Shown: positions 12,017 to 22,630 of the stretch, piece after piece | Numbering within the stretch: the stretch's first letter is position 1 | Layout: the number at the start of each line of letters is the position of its first letter | Source: Leucoraja erinacea | Taxonomy: Eukaryota | Assembly: GCF_028641065.1 (NCBI RefSeq) | Contig: NW_026575289.1 | Coordinates: 1 to 56,160 of the forward strand | Reading direction: 5' to 3' | DNA length: 56,160 nucleotides | Program-made: the position numbers and the translations under genes | The notes under the pieces: generated by a model | Databases searched by the model: none | Told to the model about the DNA's origin: nothing | What the model saw: the letters and a program-made list of their open reading frames with translations, nothing else

Positions 12017-12755
12017 TCAACAGTGGGAGCACAGTGTGAAATACAGGGACTGAATGACGGAGTCGGCTCTGGGACCCGCTTTTGTAGCGTTGGTGAAGGG
12101 CCGGCCCACAGCCTCTGAATGGATGGAGCAGAGATGTCACTCATGGTGTCCCATCCCTGCGAGTGGCTGTAGGTTTGTCAGCACCAGGCGGCTGTTTCAG
12201 AAGGTCTGAGGCCGGGGGGAGGGGGGAAATACAGAGATTTGTGACCGGCGTGTGGGGTGGGGGAAGCTCGGCCAAACAGACAGCACGGACTGCAGTATCA
12301 TTAGTTGCGGGTTGAATTTCAAATTGCCCGCCAATTTCATTTCAGCCGAGAACTGAGGGATGTATATTATTCTGAATGAATTCAGTTTCTGTCAACTTAA
12401 CATCAAATCTACTTTAACTCCTCGCTTAAATGATGACTGAATGTGCGGCGCGGATTTACTGACCGGATCCCGGTGCAGACGGAATTAACTCTGCTCGTGA
12501 CTGGAAAAAAGTGACTGTTATCCGGGGAAAGGTTTGGAGTCGACCCAATGTTGCTGCATTAATCATGAGGTATATCGGTAAAAGGGAAACTGACATCGCC
12601 ATTGTGTATGATCTTTTACTGTCGGCTTTGCATTCCGCGGTGATCAACCTAAAAACGGTTATGTTCAGTGGTGGAATAACTAGTTTAATAAAACACATTC
12701 CAATCTGCATCTACTCTAATTCCCTAGACTCTGCTCTTTCTGCGAGGCTGTGGGC

Positions 12756-12771
12756 GGCTCTTAGAAGAGCC
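12756..12771 (-). promoter_or_regulatory. Histone 3' stem-loop (H4 pseudogene)
   Basis: Reverse complement GGCTCTTCTAAGAGCC; HDE AAAGAGCAG follows. Confidence 0.9.
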
Positions 12772-12804
12772 TTTGTTTTGTGTTGGAATAAAGGGGATAG
12801 TTAT

Positions 12805-13108
12805 TTAGCCGACGAACCCGTAGAGAGTGCGGCACTGTCGTTTCAGAGCGTACACCACATCCATGGCAGTGACCGTCTTGCGCTTGGCGTGCTCGGTGCA
12901 GGTGACCGCGTGCCTGATCACATTCACCAGGAAATCCTTCAACACCACGCGGATATCCTCGTAGATCAGACCCGAGATCCGCTTGACCCCACCACGCCGA
13001 GCCAGGCGGCGGATAGCTGGCTTGGTGATGCCCTGGATGTTATCGCGAAGCACTTTGCGGTGCCGCTTTGCTCTGTCTTTGCCTAATCCTTTGCCTCCTT
13101 TCCCTCAT
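12805..13108 (-). pseudogene. H4: Histone H4 pseudogene
   Basis: About 8 nt are missing right after the ATG (frameshift). Many substitutions in an almost invariant protein ([21 protein letters not shown]; [11 protein letters not shown]). Confidence 0.93.
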
Positions 13109-13161
13109 GATGCTGCTTCACTGGAGTCGCTGCTCAGTGATAATCTAACTGGTGCTATCTG

Positions 13162-13190
13162 TTTTTATACGCAGCACTCCGACCTGCCCG
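13162..13190 (-). promoter_or_regulatory. H4 promoter: TATA box and CAGGTC element
   Basis: Reverse complement GGGCAGGTCGG...GTATAAAAAC, about 55 bp upstream of the ATG. Confidence 0.7.
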
Positions 13191-13795
13191 AGATACGCAG
13201 AGAGTGAGAGGCGGGGAGAGGAGGAGACAAAGTGACAGGCCGCTTCCTCTCATATTCCAGCTCCACGCTCCAGATTCCTGAAAACATTTTTCAAACGGTT
13301 TGCCCACAAACGACCCGAAATTTAGCGCTCCGGCCAAACTTTCCGACAGACATTCCGTGGTAAAGGTCAGTTAGTGATAGTGATTATCGCTGTCAAATTA
13401 ATGTGTCTCTTTCCTGTTCATCCTCGGAGCCCGTTCCCTCTGCCGATATCGCCCACCCCACAGCGTTCAGCAGCATTTAACACGGATGATTTGGCAATAT
13501 TACTGAGTTGATGCATGGGCTCTGAGGCGGGGATTTTGTCAGTGTTATTGTCTCACTGAACTCAGCTTGAAGCCAAACGTATGCCCAGTCCGAGTGAGGT
13601 TTAGCCCGGACATACCATTTAGTTGTATTGCATATACTGGATACCGGTGGGAAGGGTGGAGGGGTGGGGGTGCAGCGAATGTCAGCGAGTTACAAGGAAC
13701 CCCAGGTAATTTAAACGAGTCCCCACTGGCACTGAGCTTGTCTTGGGACAGGGATCGATTGAGTCTGGATCAGCTCTTTCCTGAGAGATGTGGGT

Positions 13796-13811
13796 GGCTC
13801 TGAGAAGAGCC
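13796..13811 (-). promoter_or_regulatory. Histone 3' stem-loop (H1)
   Basis: Reverse complement GGCTCTTCTCAGAGCC; HDE AAAGAGCTG. Confidence 0.92.
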
Positions 13812-13847
13812 GTTGGGTTCAAGTGTTTACAATGTGCGCTTTATAAT

Positions 13848-14485
13848 TCACTTTTTGGTCATTGCCTTCTTGGGTTTCACCGATTTGGTCTTCGCCTGGC
13901 CTTTTACCGGCTTCTTGGTCGCCTTCGCCTTTTTTTGTTTTTTCGGCGCCGCCTTCTTGGGCGATTTCTTCGCCGCCATTTGTTTAAGCGCTGGTTTCTT
14001 GGCCACAACTTTCTTGGCGAGAGATTTCTTGATCGATGATCTTTTGGTGGTAGATTTTTTTGCCAGTAATTTCTTGGTCGGGGTTTTCCTGGACGTTGAT
14101 TTCTTGTTCTTAGAGGTTTTGGCTGCTGGAACCGCTTTCTTTGCCGACTTCACGGCGCCTCTCCCTTATCGGCCTTGAAAGAACCCGAGGCGCCCACGCC
14201 CTTGATCTGAACCAGGGAACCGTTTGCTAATTTCCTCTTGATGCCCGTCTTGATCAGGTGGCGGCACTTCTCCACATCCACACCTTTGGCGGCCAGTCCC
14301 TTCTTTATCGCATAGAAAGACATCCCTCGGCGATCGTGGCAATCCGCCACAATGTTGTCGATCTGGTCGCCCAGCTTCGGACCGGCTGCATTCTTCCGGG
14401 CGGGCGCCTTCTTCTTCTTGGGAGCCTTGGTTTGGGCGGCGGGGACGGCTTGAGGAGCCGCTTCAGCGGCTGCGGTCTCGGTCAT
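13848..14485 (-). pseudogene. H1: Histone H1, frameshifted just after the globular domain
   Basis: MTETAAAEAAP...GASGSFK, then a 1-nt deletion near 14160 relative to the mirror copy (GAGGCGCC vs GAAGGCGCC) gives a stop; the Lys-rich tail is in another frame. Could be a sequencing error. Confidence 0.8.
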
Positions 14486-14563
14486 GTCGGTGACTCTGCA
14501 CAAACTCTCTCTGACATTCAGGATTTAGTGACAAATGAAGCGAGAGGCGGTGGCACAGCGCAA

Positions 14564-14635
14564 CTTAAAGGCAGCGAGCGGACGGGGCGGAGACATCCTG
14601 CGCTCAGATCACGGCCCCTGCGCCTCGCTGTGTTT
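14564..14635 (-). promoter_or_regulatory. H1 promoter: AC box, GC box, TATA-like element
   Basis: AAACACA (14629-14635 reverse complement), GGGGCGG (14584-14590), CTTTAAG (14564-14570 reverse complement). Confidence 0.75.
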
Positions 14636-14862
14636 CTCTGTCATAGAAACATAGAAACATAGAAATTAGGTGCAGGAGTAGGCCATTCGGCCCTTCGAGC
14701 CTGCACCGCCATTCAATATGATCATGGCTGATCATCTAACTCAGTATCCCGTACCTGCCTTCTCTCCATACCCCCTGATCCCCTTGGCCACAAGGGCCAC
14801 ATCTAACTCCCTCTTAAATATAGCCAATGAACTGGCCTCAACTACCCTCTGTGGCAGAGAAT

Positions 14863-17800
14863 AGTAAGATTAAACGAGTACTTACCAGTATGAAGTTTGA
14901 TCTGTATTTTATGAGGAGTTACGGTGAGGTATTACGTGAAGATTCCAGCGCAGTGCGCATGTGCGGCATACTTCGAAGCAGCGGTGTGAAATCACAGGAT
15001 AGACACAATATTTGAAGTAAGATAGTAAAGATCATGAGACATCAGTTTATTAGTTTGATCTATATATTGAGGGTGGGAGCGGCGGGCACGTAATACCTCA
15101 CCGTAACTCCTCATAAAATACAGATCAAACTTCATACTGGTAAGTACTCGTTTAATCTTACTATTTTACTTCGGAGTCATGTGAGTGATTCCGTGAAGAC
15201 TTCAAAGGTCTGTGATTTCAAACCGTGTAACAGTTTTTTATTTCACTCACTGCCGAAGTTTTTGAGGGAGGAAGTGTTATCGTAATCAACCAGTGGATCT
15301 GCTTTCACAAGAAACAGAAAGGTATTTGTTAACAATAACAACATAAAGAGCTCCCCTGAGCTTAAATCAATATTGCAGTTTGTAATATTCTTCCTGCAAT
15401 TAAATCAGGTTGTTCAACGGTTTATAATAAAAAATGTTCTGAACGTCGTTCCCTTGACCATTCTGCCGTATTGAGAATGTGGTCAACCGGGATGTCCATT
15501 CGTTCAGCCGCTGATACCAATGCTGCCCTAGTGGAATGGGATTAAAATGTATTATTATCTATTCCGGCAGCTTTCAGTACCTGTTTGAGCCACCTTGGAG
15601 TGGTTTGGCTCGTACCCCGTCTTGGGGTTTCTGTGGTTGACCCATAGGCTTTCCTCTCCCTCTAAGATTGTGGGTTGTGTCTATATATAGTAGTAGATGG
15701 GTCACCACACTCAACCTGGACTCTGGTGGGTAGGCCCGGAATCCCACCAGTGAATTGGGCGTTCCTGGTCCATATAGCCATATAACGATTACAGCACGGA
15801 AAACACAGGCGATCTCGACCCTACTAGTCCGTGCCGAACTCATAATCTCGCCTAGTCCCATATACCTGCGAGTTAGATTTTACCAGACCTAGAATATGAA
15901 CGTGATGCGTCTGGGGTAATCACCATGTTATTCAGTCTAGTCTTATGGAGTGACTGGACTCTGTGAGCGTGTACGAGAGCCATAAGCATGAGCGTTTTTA
16001 ACATAGATTGAGCAAGCTGAGGGATCTGGCTGGTGCCATTCTCTGAGATATGGGATCCCATGCTCTGCTGACATGCTGTTTTAGATAAGCAGGTAAGGCG
16101 CTCCATGCTGTATTTACGGCACTGTAACTCACCTTTTAGTCATGGTGTAGATGTTCCAGGAACTCCAATACGTCAGTGGTTGAATAATTCGTTGTCCCTG
16201 CGTCGTGGCAGTATTTTACCCATGTTAGCTTTTAGTGACTGTTCGCAGGGATGCCGACATGGTGGTAATGGTTCCTTTGGATAATCCCAGTCCCTGGTAA
16301 GGTCTATTCAAAACCTGCACCCAGGAGTTTGATGTTTCCCTGGCATGGGTGGCTTGTGCCTGATACTGGGTTGAGTCAGCAACCATGGTCCACTAGGGAA
16401 ATCCATAGGTGACTCGCCCACCGTGTCGTGATGAACTGGGAACCATGGCTGTGTAGGCCGGTCGGGCACGTTCAATATCTCGGAGACAGATCCCATCTGT
16501 ATTGCGAAGTGCCCGTCTGATGAGGCAGAAGGGAGGAAGGCAAAGCAGAAATTCCCCCTTCCAGCGTGTAGGCATCTATCGCTGCTGCCTCTAATCTGGT
16601 TCCTAAGTCACATACATAGGTTACTGGTGATTCCGTCTTGTGCAACCAAATTGATATCTGGCTTTCAAACTGCTTAATACCTTTAGCAGATATTTTGGGT
16701 TTAACATCTATTCAATGTAATCATAAATTTTACCCCGTGACATGGTGTCTCCCACTGTGTTCTAGCTTCCTAGGACATAGGCAGCTGATAGTTAAAATGT
16801 CTTATGACACACCATTGTCAGATTTGTTTGACCAATTTGTTGCACAATAATGATTATTATGCTCCCCATATGGTTGATATAAGCCACCACCATAGTATTA
16901 TCAATCCGTAACCACATATGTACGTGCTGCATTTGAAATGCATATGCTTTTTAGCCCAATAGGCGATCACCAATCCCAAGTAGTTGATGCCCGGTATGTG
17001 TAGTAACGATGTTTGTGAATTGGTCCATCTGTTACCTGTGCTGGATATGGAGTTTAGTTGCTCCCCAGCCTAAAGTACTGGCATCGGTTTTTAATAACCA
17101 AGTTGGGATTGGTGATGATAATAGGGCTGAAAACTATGCCAAATATATGTCTGCCCACCACCTTAATTGTGATATAGCTTCAGATGGTACATTCATGATT
17201 TGATTATAGTGACCCAAGTACCTTGGCAAAGTAACAGTCATATGGACGGAATTATTATTGAAGCCCAGATAATCCTTGGTAGTTAACGCTTCAATTCTGG
17301 TTTATCTGGGCGTGGGATAAACCTCAGAGCTTTAGGGAGCTGTTTCGTAGCTAGAACTGCTGCCACAGCTAATTCCTTTGTTTCCCCTAATATGAGGATA
17401 TCATCCAATATATGCCATGATTATGCTTGTTTTCTTAATATTTTCATGGCCATTTTTTAAATATTTATAATAGTTTAGGGCTGAGGTTAGACCATAGGGA
17501 ATGCTCTATGCTCCCATGGTTGCCCTAACCGGGATATCCATTATCCAGGTAAAATTTTTTAGGTATCTATAATGATCCTAGTGTATGGGTATAAGATAGT
17601 TAGCATCTTCCATATCAATGCTCCACATAGGTATCCTTGGGAGATCAGATGTCTGACAGTGACAAAAACCCGTCTCCATCTTAAAGTGTATATACTCAAC
17701 AGATTTATTTAGTGATATTAGATCAATGATGATGCTACATTCACCATCTTTTGTAGTTTTGGTGAATATATTCGATACAAATTCCAATGGTTCATGTTTA

Positions 17801-17997
17801 CTCCCATGATCCGTTTAGTAATGAGCCTTTCTAGTTCAGCTTGACCTTCTTACTTCTCTTTTCTTAGAGGGAAAAATGCCCTTTGGGCGCATTGCTGAAC
17901 TGGCGGTAATATGCCCAATTTGAATTCGTTTTTATCCTCTAATACTGTTGAGTATATTTTAGTTATTTGTGACAACATCCCATGCTTTATCAACAAA

Positions 17998-18032
<35 letters not shown>

Positions 18033-19563
18033 CAGTTAGTAGAACACCCTTATTTAGTGTAAACTGGGAGGAACCAGACTACCTACCTCCATGTTTATTG
18101 TTTTTTCATGAAGGCCTAGTTTGCTGGTATGCTGGTGCTGTCGGTGGGGCGGCGCATTTTCCCACGGCTCCGCTCTGGGCCCCTGTCTAAAAGAACTTTG
18201 GGGGTAATGTGAAGCGGTCGCCAGGCTTTCACCAGTTCTTGTTTGATATTGCTGGTGGATGCCGAGGGGTGCTGCCAGCTGGGTGTTGGATGCGATGTCC
18301 TGCTCGTTCCATGGCCTGCCCTCATGAGGCGCACAGGTTTAGCTGCCTCTCTTCCCGCAGCAGCGGTTTGCATAGCCCCGTATATTTGGGGTTGAAGGCA
18401 GGTCTATATGCACCATTGTTCAGTCGAGTATCCCAAATTTGGGAACATCTTAGGCGTCAGCACCCTGGTAGTGCAACGGGATAGTCTCATCCTGGGAGAA
18501 CCACCTTGGTGATCATGGCGTCTCGCCTGCCAGGTGAGTATGATCCGTGAAAAAACGAGCAAAGGCAGTAACATCTTGACCCTTCTGTTAGGAGCTTCAG
18601 AATTCGCTGCTTGTCTGCGAGTCTCTGACCCAGCTGCCTGCGGATTTGCCTCTAGAAAGGCCTGCTCCTGCAGGGCTTTGTTGGGAAGATGGTCGCGTGG
18701 AGGAGCCATGTAGTGGCCCACGACACCCAGTAGCTCTTCCTGATCCTGCTCCCCTGGCATACTGCTGTTCTCGTCCGCCTGCCCAGCGTTTAAGCCAGCC
18801 CAGCCCTGGCCTCCTTAGCTAGCCTCAAAAGAGGGAGCAAAAGGGTGTGCTATAAATTGGAGGAGGCATAGCTCAAACTCCGCTGTTGCATCAATCCCTC
18901 GTCAAGGGAGATGGCTAGTGCAATAGCACTGGGGTAGGAGTGTCAGCTCCCTTGGCATTCAGCCAGTGCCCCTTTTTCCCTGGAGGTGTTGAACTCCATG
19001 ACCTCCTCTGGCTTGGGGAGACAGACATACTTATTTTTGCTGTCTCCAACCTGTTCCAGTTTTGGAGGAAGTTGGCTCCTGTAGAACCTGTTAAATTGGT
19101 AAGATTTTTGTCTTACCTGTATGTAGAGGCTGCCTGCCGTTTTTCAGGCGGCATTGTAGCGGTTCCCGGGCGGCGATTCTCCTTGTCAGGAGTCTGCAGG
19201 GCTGCCGGTCGGGTTTTTAAACTTCCCGCCGGTCCGCTGCTGTTCACCAAACAGCTGTTCAGCGGACCGGCATCAGCGCAGCTCCTTGCAGCGGTCCGCA
19301 GCGTGTGCGGTCCCGTTAGCGCTTTTCCCCCTCCACTGTCGGCTCCTTCGCTGGAGTCGAAACGGGGGCCGCTGCCTCTCTACTTTGCTCCCCCTGGAGC
19401 AAAAACCACAAGGCCCGATTAAGGTAAGTACTTACCTCACGTCCTTGGATGCGGGAGCTGCCGACTCCCGCTGGCCGCGTTCTGCACAGCTGTGCGATTA
19501 TGCCGCACATGCGCACTGCGCTGGGATCTTCACGGAATCACTCACGTGACTCCGAAGTAAAAT
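14863..19563 (-). mobile_element. DIRS1-type tyrosine-recombinase retrotransposon with degenerate ORFs
   Basis: Inverted terminal repeats (14937-14970 vs 19499-19532) and an internal complementary region. Remnant peptides: RT IIDL..LNK.VEYIHFKMET/SIDMEDANY.IPIH, methylase-like LPPFCLI/PTQPWFP, YR LMALVHAHRVQSL and HSTRAA. Absent from the mirror arm. Confidence 0.93.
15087..15198. repeat. DIRS internal complementary region (ICR)
   Basis: 15087-15162 is the reverse complement of 14863-14938; 15163-15198 is the reverse complement of 19528-19563 (one mismatch seen). Confidence 0.93.
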
Positions 19564-21115
19564 TCCAGAGATTCGCCACTCTCTGTGTGAAAAAAGTTCT
19601 TCTCATCTCGGTTTTAAAGGATTTCCCCTTTATCCTTAAGCTGTGACCCCTTGTCCTGGACTTCCCTAACATCGGGAACAATCTTCCTGCATCTAGCCTG
19701 TCCAACCCCTTAAGAATTTTGTACGTTTCTATAAGATCCCCTCTCAATCTCCTAAATTCTAGAGAGTATAAACCAAGTCTATCCAGTCCTTCTTCATAAG
19801 ACAGTCCTGACATCCCAGGAATCAGTCTGGTGAACCGTCTCTGCACTCCCTCTATGGCAATAATGTCCTTCCTCAGATTTGGAGACCAAAACTGTACGCA
19901 ATACTCCAGGTGTGGTCTCACCAAGACCCTGTACAACTGCAGTAGAACCTCTCTGCTCCTATACTAAAATCCTTTTGCAATGAAAGCTAACATACCATTC
20001 GCTTTCTTTACTGCCTGCTGCACCTGCATTCCTACCTTGAATGACTGGTGTACCATGACACCCAGGTCTCGCTGCATCTCCCCCTTTCCCAATCGGCCAC
20101 CATTTAGATAATAGTCTGCTTTCCTGTTTTTGCCACTAAAATGGATAACCTCACATTTATCCACATTATATTGCATCTGCCAAACATTTGCCCACTCACC
20201 CAGCCTATCCAAGTCACCCTGCAGTCTCCTAGCATCCTCCTCACAGCTAACACTGCCCCCCAGCTTAGTGTCATCCGCAAACTTGGAGATATTGCCTTCA
20301 ATTCCCTCATCCAGATCATTAATATATATTGTAAATAGCTGGGGTCCCAGTACTGAGCCTTGGGGTACCCCACTAGTCACTGCCTGCCATTGTGAAAAGG
20401 ACCCGTTTACTCCTACTCTTTGCTTCCTGTTTGCCAGCCAGTTCTCTATCCACATCAATACTGAACCCCCAATGCCTTGTGCTTTAAGTTTGTATACTAA
20501 TCTCTTATGTGGGACCTTGTCGAAAGCCTTCTGGAAGTCCAGATACACCACATCCTCAAAAACTCTCCAATTCCAATTAAAATCAGATACCTCGGAGACC
20601 TAAACTGGCCTCGGTACATCTCTGAGACCGGAATGTTTATTGTCCAGTATATTTGATAGGAATTAAAGGCAGCGCTTTCCATTTCGCCCGGTTTCACTGC
20701 TGCACTGCCCCGATCGCTGACATCCTCGCTGCTTATCGTCAGAAATATCGAAACCAACGTAAACTTTCTGGTTAATTCCAACTTCAGGACTGAGCTGGGA
20801 AGTGGGGCGAGCGCGTGCCACTGATAGCTTTATATTTTTCACCAGAGTGGCTGGGAAATCCGGCAAAGTGTTCGGACCCACAAACACAGTGTCATCAGCC
20901 TGAGCCGCCCGCCCCTTCAACACACTCTCTGACACAATGTTCACATCTGCACATTCACAGCTCAGACAGGTGGCCCGTTGCACAGTTACCAGGGTGGAAT
21001 TACCTCGACGATCGACCCGTGTTGTGGGTTCTCGTGGGTTACGTGTAGTTTTCCAGCTCAGTAACTGTTAAACTCGCTGACTCCGCCGCCCCTCAGAGTC
21101 TCTGATCCCTGGAAT

Positions 21116-21880
21116 CATAGAAACATAGAAATTAGGTGCAGGAGTAGGCCATTCGGCGCTTCGAGCCTGCACCGCCATTCAATACGATCATGGCTGATCA
21201 TCCAACTCAGTATCCCGTACCTGCCTTCTCTCCATACCCCCTGATCCCCTTAGCCACAAGGGCCACATCTAACTCCCTCTTAAATATAGCCAATGAACTG
21301 GCCTCAACTACCCTCTGTGGCAGAGAGTTCCAGAGATTCACCACTCTCTGTGTGAAAAAAGTTCTTCTCATCTCGGTTTTAAAGTATTTCCCCCTTATCC
21401 TTAAGCTGTGACCCCTTGTCCTGGACTTCCCTAACATCGGGAACAATCTTCCTGCATCTAGCCTGTCCAACCCCTTAAGAATTTTGTAAGTTTCTATAAG
21501 ATCCCCTCTCAATCTCCTAAATTCTAGAGAGTATAAACCAAGTCTCTCCAGTCTTTCTTCAAAGACAGTCCTGACATCCCAGGAATCAGTCTGGTGAACC
21601 GTCTCTGCACTCCCTCTATGGCAATAATGCCCTTCCTCAGATTTGGAGACCAAAACTGTAAGCAATACTCCAGGTGTGGTCTCACCAAGACCCTGTACAA
21701 CTGCAGTAGAACCTCCCTGCTCCTATACTCAAATCCTATTGCAATGAAAGCTAACATACCATTCGCTTTCTTTACTGCCTGCTGCACCTGCATGCCTACC
21801 TTCAATGACTGGTGTACCATGACACCCAGGTCTCGCTGCATCTCCCCCTTTCCCAATCGGCCACCATTTAGATAATAGTC
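21116..21880 (-). mobile_element. 5'-truncated young CR1 LINE
   Basis: DYYLNGGRLGK...GYGEKAGTGY plus tail. Confidence 0.95.
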
Positions 21881-22047
21881 ATATCGAATGAGTGAACGAT
21901 TTCCCTGCATTACATGCAAAATAAACGTTGTCACTGTACATTGCTACATTTGACAATAATAAATCAACTCCAAAAACCAAGAGATGACAAAGGCCTGAGG
22001 TTCACAGAGATCTTAGGGTCCTGTTATCTTTGGTACTAGTATCTTTG

Positions 22048-22630
22048 GTCCCAAGACAAGCTCAGTCCCAGTGGGGACTCGTTTAAATACCGGGGGTTCC
22101 TTGTAACTCGCTGACATTCGCTGCACCCCCCACCCCTCCCCCCGGTATCCAGTATATGGAATACAACTAAATGGTATATCTGGGCTAAACCTCACTCGGA
22201 CTGGGCATACGTTTGGTTTCAAGCTGAGTTCAAAGCCGTTTCCTTGTCAGTGAGACAATAACACTGACAAAATCCCCGCCTCAGAGCCCATGCATCAACT
22301 CAGTAATATTGCCAAATCATCCGTGTTAAAAGCTGCTGAACGCTGTGGGGTGGGCGATATCGGCAGAGGGAACGGGCTCCGAGGATGAAACGGAAGGAGA
22401 CAAATTAATTTGACAGCGGTAATATCGCTGACTGACTTTTACCACGGAATGTCTGTCTGAAAGTTTGGCGGAGCGCTAAGTTTCAGGTCGTTTGTGGGCA
22501 AACTATTTGAAAAATGTTTTCAGGAATCTGGGGCGTGGAGCTGGAATATGAGAGGAAACTGTCTGTCACTTTGTCTCCTCCTCTCCCCGCCTCTCACTCT
22601 CTGCGTATCTCGGGCAGGTCGGGGCGCTGC
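22048..22630 (+). repeat. Orphan inverted duplicate of the H1-H4 intergenic region/H4 promoter
   Basis: Closely matches the reverse complement of ~13171-13749 and, directly, 52338-52909. Continues at 26336-26362 after the L2. Confidence 0.92.

Larger units (their letters stand above)
14642..20555 (-). mobile_element. 5'-truncated young CR1 LINE (~1.2 kb) split by the DIRS insertion
   Basis: RT peptide VYLDFQKAFDKV...KFADDTKL; (CATAGAAA)n tail at 14642. An uninterrupted copy lies at 50237-51441. Confidence 0.95.
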
